From assembly GCA_963770895.1 (NCBI GenBank), contig CAVYRF010000002.1, forward strand, positions 160,001-224,000: a stretch of 64,000 nt of DNA. The letters run 5' to 3'. Source of the DNA: an uncultured Acidobacteriota bacterium. Lineage in GTDB: Bacteria; Acidobacteriota; Thermoanaerobaculia; Multivoradales; UBA5704. How positions within the stretch are numbered: the first letter of the stretch is position 1; each line of letters starts with the position of its first letter. The position numbers were made by a program, and so were the translations under genes. Below the pieces are notes generated by a model. That model was not told where the DNA came from and ran no database searches. It saw only the letters and a program-made list of their open reading frames with translations. This document shows positions 57,801 to 64,000 of the stretch, piece after piece.

Positions 57801-59445
57801 TGTCGGCGGCGCTGACGCTGCCCAGGGTGGCGTTGACCCCCGGCAGGTTCGCCTTGATCGTGGCGCCATCGTTGTACGAGATGAGCACCGCGGGAATGGT
57901 GATGTTGGGCTGCGTGGCGTCGCCACCCATGGTGAGCAGCGTCGGGTCGCCCGGCACGTTGTTGACCACGATGACGCCGATGGCGCCGGCGGCCTGCGCC
58001 GTCGCCGCCTTGGTCTGGAACGAGCACGTGCCGCGATCGACCAGGGCGATGTTGCCAGCGACCGCCGCGGCGTTGGTCAGGGCGCTGCAGCCCTGGCCGG
58101 CGACGCCACTGCCGGCGGCCACGTACACCACCGACCCGGTCTGGCCCGAAGGGTTGGGCGCGCCGTTGCCGAAGGCGTCGGGAGCCGCCGAATAGGGACC
58201 GGCGATACCCGCCGGCGCGTTCACGGTCAGCACCGCACCCGGCACCCCCGGATCGGCGCTCGCCGCCACCGCAATGGTGCGCGTCGAGCTGCCCGGGCTG
58301 CCGTGGATGAAGTACGTGTCGCCGGCGTTGCCCGCCGCGGCGACCACGATCACTCCCGCCAGGGCGGCGTTCTCGGACGCCATCGCGGAGGTGTCCGAAA
58401 TGCCGCCGTAAGTCGAGCCGAGCGACATGTTGATGACGTCAAGGTGGTCGGAGAAGTCGTCGTCGCCGTTGGGGTCGATCGCCCAATCGATCGCCTGCGG
58501 GGTCAGGCTGGTGCTCCCCTGGCAGCCGAAAATGCGCAGCGAATAGAGCAGCGCCTGGGGCGCCGCGCCGGGGCCGATGCGCAGCGAAGAGAACGGCGTC
58601 GACGGGCCATAGGGGCCGGTGTAGGGGGTGCCGTCGGCGTTGACGCCGAAACCCGCCGCCGTGCCGGCGACGTGCGAGCCGTGGCCGTAGCAGTCGGTGG
58701 GGTTGGGGTCCGGCACCGGAGTATTGCCGCCGGTGTAGGCATCGCCGGCGAAATCGGTGCCGCCCACCACCTTGGCGGTCGGGAAGAGGCCCGGATGGAT
58801 GGTGACGCGGTCGTTGGCCTGGTAGTCGGCGAGCAGCCCCGAGCCGCCGAACATCGGGTGCTGATAGTCGATGCCGGTGTCGATGATGCCGATGGTGATG
58901 CCGGCGCCGGTGATGTTGCCGGGCAGTCCCAGCGTATTGGCCCACAGCTGCGGGGCGTTGATGAAGGGGACGCTGGTCGCGTTGAGCGGCACTTCCGGCG
59001 TCAGCAGGTGCACCGCCTTGACGCCGGGGAGCCGTTGGATGGCCGCGATCTGGTCGGCGTCCACGAACAGCGCGATGGCGTTGAGCGCGCGGTGGATGCG
59101 ATAGATCTCCCGGCCGTGGAACGGCGCCGCGGTCAGGCGGGCGGCCAGGCTGGCCTGCGCCGCGACGATCGGCGGCGTCTGTGCGTGCACGGCCGCGACC
59201 GCGTTCTGACGCGCCTGCTCGCGCGACACGGTGCGGTCGGCCAGCGCCGCCGCCCAGACCACCGCGGCAGGCGGATCGACCAGCTCGACCAGGACCTGCC
59301 GCTGTTCGGCGCGGGCGGCCGGAGGCGCGATCTTGATTTCACCGATCGACGGCAGACCCTGCGCCACGATCGGCGCAGCGGCCGCGACCAGCGTCAGAGC
59401 GGCGACATGAAAACGGCGACCAACGAAGCGAGCAATTGCTTGCAT
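54841..59445 (-). CDS. Large S8 subtilase with PA domain, DUF11 repeats and IPTL-CTERM sorting signal
   Basis: IIDTGIDY, GHGSHVAG, SGTSMATPH; PA motif ALVDRGTCSF..K; ADLSI.K repeats; VPTLGTIGLLLL...LARR. Confidence 0.93.
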   Translation of the reverse strand: MQAIARFVGRRFHVAALTLVAAAAPIVAQGLPSIGEIKIAPPAARAEQRQVLVELVDPPAAVVWAAALADRTVSREQARQNAVAAVHAQTPPIVAAQASLAARLTAAPFHGREIYRIHRALNAIALFVDADQIAAIQRLPGVKAVHLLTPEVPLNATSVPFINAPQLWANTLGLPGNITGAGITIGIIDTGIDYQHPMFGGSGLLADYQANDRVTIHPGLFPTAKVVGGTDFAGDAYTGGNTPVPDPNPTDCYGHGSHVAGTAAGFGVNADGTPYTGPYGPSTPFSSLRIGPGAAPQALLYSLRIFGCQGSTSLTPQAIDWAIDPNGDDDFSDHLDVINMSLGSTYGGISDTSAMASENAALAGVIVVAAAGNAGDTYFIHGSPGSSTRTIAVAASADPGVPGAVLTVNAPAGIAGPYSAAPDAFGNGAPNPSGQTGSVVYVAAGSGVAGQGCSALTNAAAVAGNIALVDRGTCSFQTKAATAQAAGAIGVIVVNNVPGDPTLLTMGGDATQPNITIPAVLISYNDGATIKANLPGVNATLGSVSAADSIATFSSRGPRNATPPIFLKPDITAPGESIPSTQTGMTCMTGGGCITPTATGFDAGGQLLVLSGTSMATPHVAGSAALLRQLHPDWSVEEIKALLMNGAVHDVTFSSGGSGGRMGLGRVGAGRVDDAVSATATVTSFDDLGIGSVSLSFGDQIVGTTTQVKTVRLVNHGATDQTFNLGIDPTDPAAGVVFSLPGGTSVTVPAGQSTTFDVQMSGTSSQMTHVLPGTIAPVQAAPAPLTSLGSLSREFLNEAGAYITFGQAGKTVMRLPVYAAARPTSTMAGQMVIATGGAPTGSTTIPLSGTAVCTGTLSAGPACTGSFPTDEVSLVSPFELQVVHPQNASLPGYFNIQYAGVAYDSTHNLLLFGVSTWGPWATPSDVAFNVIVNGTRVLFNSDPGNMALNLFGTGSATGQDTPITGIFNTSTSGVSIGTFVNRLAPSSIDSRLFDNNVMILAASPAALGLTSGTTPFTWSVQTCRMYDPLCFDGSVDQVAGPFKWAYGASAQGLNFGGASLLEDLAGGAIPVTWNTANMTTNGSLGALLLHHHNAAGTAAQVIPLQGTASADLSIVKSMSPASPTLGQNATFTLTVSNAGPSAATGIVVGDALPAGLTYVSDDGGGAYSSATGQWTVGALGVSASATLHIVATVATTDPIVNTAQIAQSSVLDPNPANNQSQVDVTAPRSADVALSMVASSLTVVAGGAVTYTLTLTNNGDDPSYSVNVHEAFPSYPSLTPTSSTASAGVFNAATGMWNLGSMAKGATETLALTVNAPSIAGPLTNNGTAGSTTADPNNANNSAGATVQVLSPSSVSGVKTVAGTFQEHGAVTYTIVLTNNGTSVQQDNPGDEFDDVLPSTLVLTSASATSGTAVADTATNSVSWNGSLAANGGTVTITIHATVAGGTAGTTISNQGVIHFDADGNGTNESTADTANGNGGGPTTFQVDPLAEVPTLGTIGLLLLCLLLAGAGVAMLARRGGRSSNAGGAGAAGA

Positions 59446-59709
59446 CTTTCCCCCTGACAGACGGGCGCAAGGCAGGGAGGCTGCCATCGAGAGCCACCAC
59501 CGGTGAAGCAACTACCGTGCGGCCCCTGATCCCGTGAGTCCCTGCACTCTGATGCCGTCCGCCGAGCATGTCAAGCGTGCCGGGTGCCCTCCATCCTGGC
59601 GACGCACCGTGCTGTAACGCCGGCACACCGCGCCGCGCCCATGGGAAGACGGTTTAACATCACCAGATCGAAACTGCATTCGACCGTGAGGTCAAAGGAG
59701 GCTCTCGCA

Positions 59710-60681
59710 ATGTTGCAACCGCTGCGCGCGCTTGTCCGCTTAACATTCGCCGTCGTGCTGCTGCTGGCCACCGTCCTGGCGGCGCCGCCGCCCGCGGCCG
59801 CCGGCGATCAGACGGCCGGTGCCAATTCCGCCGGCACCCACAACCTGCTGCTCAATCCCGACTTCGACAGCAGCCTTGCCGATTGGACGACGATCGGCAG
59901 CGTGGTCTTTGTCAGCAACATGGATGCAGGCGGCAATGCCTCCTCGGGCTCCGCCGGCTTGCAGGAAAAGCCGGGACAGTCGGCGGACCTGGTGCAGTGC
60001 GTGGACCTGCCGATCTTCTGGCGCAGCGTGAACCTGTCCCTGTCCTGGTATTCGCTGGCCCATACCACCAACGGCGCCAGCTTCGCCCAGGTGCAGTATT
60101 ACGCCTCGCCGGGCTGCTCAGGCCAGATTCTGTCGCAGACGAAGCAACCGACCGATTTCACCAACTCCAACTGGAACCAGTTTTCGCAGCTCGGCGTGGC
60201 GCCGCCCGCCCTGGCGCAGAGCGCCAGCGTGGCCTTCGGCGCCTTGAACGGCGATCCGACGACGCAGGCGACGGCGGTCGTGGATACGACGTTTTTCGGC
60301 TACACGATCACCGCCGGCGTCTGCGGCCAGGACCCCACCCTGCTGTGCGCCGACGACAATCGCTTCCAGATCAAGGCGAAGTTCAGCCAGGCGTGCAGCT
60401 CCGGCAACGGCGACAGCGCCGCCGGCGTCCAGGACACCGCCGCGGGCGGGTTCCTGTGGTGCTTCGATCCGGGCAATCCCGAGATCTTCGCCAAGGTGCT
60501 GGACGCCTGCACCCCGGCAACCGGCAATACCTATTGGGTTTTCCTGTCCGGCCTGACCAACGTCGGCGTCACCATCACCGTGACCGACACCAAGACCGGC
60601 AAGTTCAAGACCTACAGCAATCCCTCGGGCACCAACTTCCAGCCGATCTTCGACACCGCCGGCCTGGCCGTCTGTCCCTGA
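59710..60681 (+). CDS. Secreted hypothetical protein with CBM-like N-domain and Cys-bounded C-terminal domain
   Basis: AAGGAGG RBS; signal peptide; NLLLNPDFD..L..W; C-terminal LC...RF...N.E...KVLDAC...YWVF..GLTNV...VTDT.TG...Y.NP....CP. Confidence 0.8.
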   Translation: MLQPLRALVRLTFAVVLLLATVLAAPPPAAAGDQTAGANSAGTHNLLLNPDFDSSLADWTTIGSVVFVSNMDAGGNASSGSAGLQEKPGQSADLVQCVDLPIFWRSVNLSLSWYSLAHTTNGASFAQVQYYASPGCSGQILSQTKQPTDFTNSNWNQFSQLGVAPPALAQSASVAFGALNGDPTTQATAVVDTTFFGYTITAGVCGQDPTLLCADDNRFQIKAKFSQACSSGNGDSAAGVQDTAAGGFLWCFDPGNPEIFAKVLDACTPATGNTYWVFLSGLTNVGVTITVTDTKTGKFKTYSNPSGTNFQPIFDTAGLAVCP

Positions 60682-60754
60682 ACGACGCCCTGCCGCCTGC
60701 CGCAAAGCGCTGCCTCGGACCGCACCGGCCCGAGGCAGCGTCCACCGCGCGCGA

Positions 60755-61348
60755 TCAGAAGTGCCAGACGACGCCGACGTTGCCGCCGGGACCGCCCAGC
60801 TGCAGGTCGGTATGAGTGAAGTTGAGGTTGCCGACGTCCGGCCCGGTCACCGTGCCGCGCACGCGCCGATATTGGAATTCGACGACCAGTCCGAACTGGC
60901 GATTGAAGTTGATGTCGGTGCCGGCGACGCCGTACCAGCCCCACTCGTTGCCGGCATGGCCGAAGGTGTCCTCGTTGACCTGATGGATCAGGTAGTAACC
61001 CGCGCCGCCGCCGATAAAGGGAGCGATCGGCGTGAATTCCTCGCCGTTGTGATCGAATTTATAGACCAGGCCCGCCTCCAGCGGCACAAAGTTCAGCTTC
61101 GGCTTGTTGTTGGCGCAAAACGGCGGACAACCGCCGTTGTTGGCCTGCTGGTAGGTGATGTCGCTGAAGTAGGTGCCGCGCAGCTCGAAAAAACCGAAGC
61201 GGAACTTGGCCCCGCCGCCCCAGGTGTTGTCGGCGTCCTGCGGCTTCTCATAGGAGCCAAAGATGCTGAAGTCGCTGGTCATCGCCGCCAGCGGGCTCGC
61301 CAGCAGCAGCAGCACCGCGCCGGCGCGCACGATCGATTTTGCATTCAC
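60755..61348 (-). CDS. Outer-membrane beta-barrel protein
   Basis: GTG start after AAGGAGG; signal peptide; alternating beta strands, PFIGGGAGYY; C-terminal Phe (VVWHF). Confidence 0.85.
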   Translation of the reverse strand: MNAKSIVRAGAVLLLLASPLAAMTSDFSIFGSYEKPQDADNTWGGGAKFRFGFFELRGTYFSDITYQQANNGGCPPFCANNKPKLNFVPLEAGLVYKFDHNGEEFTPIAPFIGGGAGYYLIHQVNEDTFGHAGNEWGWYGVAGTDINFNRQFGLVVEFQYRRVRGTVTGPDVGNLNFTHTDLQLGGPGGNVGVVWHF

Positions 61349-61774
61349 GTCCTGACCCTCCTTACCCTTACCTGGTTGTAACCGGTCTCGTTGCGAACCC
61401 ATCCCGCCGGCACGCCGGTCGCGCAGCGGCGAGCACCGCTCGAACGCCGCCGGCGCGCCGCTTCCGGCCACGCCGCAGCCCCAAGCCGCGAGCCGGCCAA
61501 CTGCAACAAGCGTTCCAAGCATCACGGAGATGCTCGGCGATTTTTCGCAGCGGGGGTTCGGGATTTTCAGGTTGCGCGGCCGCGGCCGGATAGCGCGAGT
61601 GGCGCCGGCGTGGCAGCCGGCACGCGACCGGAATCGACGAACGGGTTGATCCAGGTGGGCCGCCGCCAGGGTGGTGGCGGTGACCGCCGCCAGCCGGCCG
61701 CCGGCCCGCAGCGTCACCTGATACGTGGTGGGAGACCGGCGGGGCGGCGTGGACCGCCGGCCCCGCGCAGCGGG

Positions 61775-61912
61775 TCAGGGCATGGCCGTCTGTCCGGGGT
61801 TGTCCACGTGCTGCTTGAGCTGCACCGGCGGCTGGCCGTCGGTTCCGTCGCCCCCTTGCGCCAGGCTGAGGGCAGCCTTGGGAAGCCGGCGAGCATTGAG
61901 CAGTTTCCGCAT
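61775..61912 (-). CDS. 45-aa putative double-glycine leader peptide
   Basis: AAGGAGG RBS; MRKLLNARRLPKAALSLAQGG-DGTDGQPPVQLKQHVDNPGQTAMP. Confidence 0.6.
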   Translation of the reverse strand: MRKLLNARRLPKAALSLAQGGDGTDGQPPVQLKQHVDNPGQTAMP

Positions 61913-62066
61913 TGCATCCTCCTTGGGGCGGTTGACGATGGAGTCCGCCCAAGAGGGATAGTGCGCAACGCCGGCGATCGAGCGCCGCGGCGGCGGCCCC
62001 GTCCCTCCCCGCCTGCCTGCGCCGTGGCGCGCGGCGGCGATATTTGCGATACCGTAGCGCCAAGAC

Positions 62067-63335
62067 ATGTCCCTGCGTGAGATCGCCAGGCGGCTGGTGG
62101 CGGTGGCGCTTGCCGCCGTCGATCCCGAACGGCTTGTCCGCGAAGCGCTGGCGGCGCGCCCCGAGGCGTGGGCGGGAATCCTCGCCCTGGGCAAGGCGGC
62201 GCCCGCCATGGCGCGGGGCGCCGGCGCCGCGCTCGCGCCGGGCAGCAGGGGGCGGCGCCTGCTGGTGCGCACCCATACCACTCCGGCCCTCTTCGACCCC
62301 GCCTGGGAGCAGCTGTCCGGCGGCCATCCGCTGCCCGACCGCATGAGCCTTGCCGCGGGCCGCAGGGCGCTCGACTGGCTGAGCGGCCTGCCGGCGGACG
62401 CGCCGCTGCTCGCCCTGGTGTCGGGCGGCTCTTCGGCCTGCATCGAAGCGCCGGCGGGCAACCTGGCGCTGGAGCAGCTGATCGCCACGCAGCGCACGCT
62501 GCTGGGATCAGGCCAGCCGATCCACGCCTTCAACGCGGTGCGCAAGCACCTGTCGCTGTTCAAAGGGGGCGGCGCCCTCCGCGCCTGCCGCGGGCCGGTG
62601 GTGGCGCTGCTGCTGTCGGACGTGCCGGGCGACGACCCGGCGACGATCGGCTCGGGGCCCTTCGCCGCCGATCCCACCACCTTTGCCCTGGCGCTCGCCG
62701 CCGTGGCTGGGCTGGCGGTGCCCGAACCGGTGCGCCAGCGCCTGGCTGCCGGCGCCCGCGGCGATCTGCCCGAAACCCTCAAGCCGGGCGACCCGCTGCT
62801 GGCGCGGCTTGACCAGATCGTGCTGGCCAGCGCCGCCACCGCGGCAGCCGCGGCAGCCGCCGAAGCCCGCCGCGCCGGCTTCGCCGCGGCCACCGGCACG
62901 CTGTCGGGCGAAGCCGCGATGGCGGGACGGATCCTGGTCGAGCGCGGCCGCGCGCTGCCCGGTCCGCGCGCCGCCCTGGTCCTGGGCGGCGAGACCACCG
63001 TAACGCTGGGCCCGGCGCCCGGCAGGGGCGGGCGCAACCTGGAGCTGGCGCTGGCGGCGGCGCGCGCCCTCGCCGGCGCCCAGGGCGAGGTGGTGCTGAC
63101 CCTGGCCACCGACGGCGAGGACGGCCCGACGCGCTGTGCCGGCGCGCTGGTGGACGGCGCCAGCTGGACCGCCATCGAACGCGCCGGCCTGGATCCCGCC
63201 GCCGCCCTGGCCGGCCACGACTCGCACACCGCCCTGGCCGCCCTGGCCGGCGCCCTGCTCGAAACCGGCACCACCGGCACCAACACCGGCGACCTGGCGA
63301 TCTATCTGCGCGGGCAAGCCGCCGCCGCGCCATAG
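62067..63335 (+). CDS. Glycerate 2-kinase (DUF4147/MOFRL family)
   Basis: GKAA..M, GHPLP, LVSGGSSA, N.VRKHLS..KGG, SDVPGDD...IGSGP, GGETTV, GGRN.E, TDGEDG, TGTN..D. Confidence 0.93.
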   Translation: MSLREIARRLVAVALAAVDPERLVREALAARPEAWAGILALGKAAPAMARGAGAALAPGSRGRRLLVRTHTTPALFDPAWEQLSGGHPLPDRMSLAAGRRALDWLSGLPADAPLLALVSGGSSACIEAPAGNLALEQLIATQRTLLGSGQPIHAFNAVRKHLSLFKGGGALRACRGPVVALLLSDVPGDDPATIGSGPFAADPTTFALALAAVAGLAVPEPVRQRLAAGARGDLPETLKPGDPLLARLDQIVLASAATAAAAAAAEARRAGFAAATGTLSGEAAMAGRILVERGRALPGPRAALVLGGETTVTLGPAPGRGGRNLELALAAARALAGAQGEVVLTLATDGEDGPTRCAGALVDGASWTAIERAGLDPAAALAGHDSHTALAALAGALLETGTTGTNTGDLAIYLRGQAAAAP

Positions 63336-63535
63336 ACACCACCCCGAAGAGGGCGGTCAAGGCCGCGCAACCACCGCATCCTTCCCAGACGCTCCGCTAG
63401 GCGCTCCCCCGCCCTGCGGGATCACCGCGGCGCCGGTCCACACAGAGGAGCCAGCCTTCCTCGCTGGCCAGCTTGCGGGTCGCCCTCGGCGGCCACCGTT
63501 CGCGCCCAACACCGGTGCGCAGCACCCAGCCAAGC

Positions 63536-63553
63536 ACTAGATTGCAATCTAGT
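63536..63553. promoter_or_regulatory. Perfect 18-bp palindrome in AT-rich intergenic region (putative operator)
   Basis: ACTAGATTGCAATCTAGT. Confidence 0.55.
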
Positions 63554-63786
63554 TGGACTATATTGTGTCTTCTGTGTATGCTAAGGACAATTACGATGGT
63601 GTTACAGCGACGCGATACGCCAATTTGATCCGCGAATTGTCTTTGCGGCCAGGCGGCTTCGTTAATTCCGCTTGCCCGGCCCGGTCCAGGCAGCTGCACC
63701 CTGGCCCGCGCTGACCGCCGGCGGAACAGCCACCCATCGCATGCCGCCGCCGTCAAGCGGCGGCAAAACCTAGGAGGAGGTTGCCG

Positions 63787-64000
63787 ATGAACAAGACTGT
63801 CCGTATCGGCCTGGTGTCCGCTTCCCTCTTGGCATCCCTCGTCGGGCTCGCACCGACCCTCGCCGCCGCCGACGACCAGATGCGGCCGGCGGATCCTTCC
63901 CTGGTCCAAACCCCTGAGGCCCAGGACCAGACCCTGGCGGCCGACGAGCAAGCCGCTCCGGCCGACGATGCGATCGCCGGCGACGACCAGGCCCCCACGG
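63787..64000 (+). CDS. Secreted hypothetical protein (runs off the window end)
   Basis: AGGAGG RBS; MNKTVRIGLVSASLLASLVGLAPTLAAA signal peptide, then acidic low-complexity stretch. Confidence 0.7.
   Translation, partial: MNKTVRIGLVSASLLASLVGLAPTLAAADDQMRPADPSLVQTPEAQDQTLAADEQAAPADDAIAGDDQAPT

Overview
GC-rich bacterial chromosomal DNA. PadR plus ADOP-type duplicated permeases, PPC-TPR-CHAT proteins and an IPTL-CTERM subtilase point to Acidobacteriota, probably Thermoanaerobaculia-like (inference). The left part carries the recA 3' end, a histidine phosphatase, a receiver protein / ATPase-less hybrid kinase / acetate kinase cluster, an RdgC-like gene, and S8 and C25 proteases. A tRNA-Arg(CCT) at 12122-12198 is followed by a decayed accessory/defence island (about 12.2-32.5 kb). 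The island holds MNT-HEPN and YefM-YoeB toxin-antitoxin pairs, a relaxase pseudogene, a truncated STAND-like TPR protein, an ECF sigma module with a Cys-rich peptide, and an intact type II Wadjet operon. The most notable locus is 35965-44550. Three co-oriented caspase-fold (clan CD) genes (an active-looking CHAT, a CHAT lacking its catalytic dyad, and a C25-like His/Cys protein) precede a 64-aa RiPP precursor that the ORF track does not call separately and an MvdC/D-type ATP-grasp ligase. The precursor has a double-glycine-type leader and a Lys-less microviridin-like core (TLLYPSD), suggesting a new graspetide type. Two more orphan double-glycine peptides, a 6-Cys secreted peptide, several in-frame internally deleted genes and a shared AT-rich operator-like motif were also found. 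All calls come from reading motifs by eye; no database searches were run.
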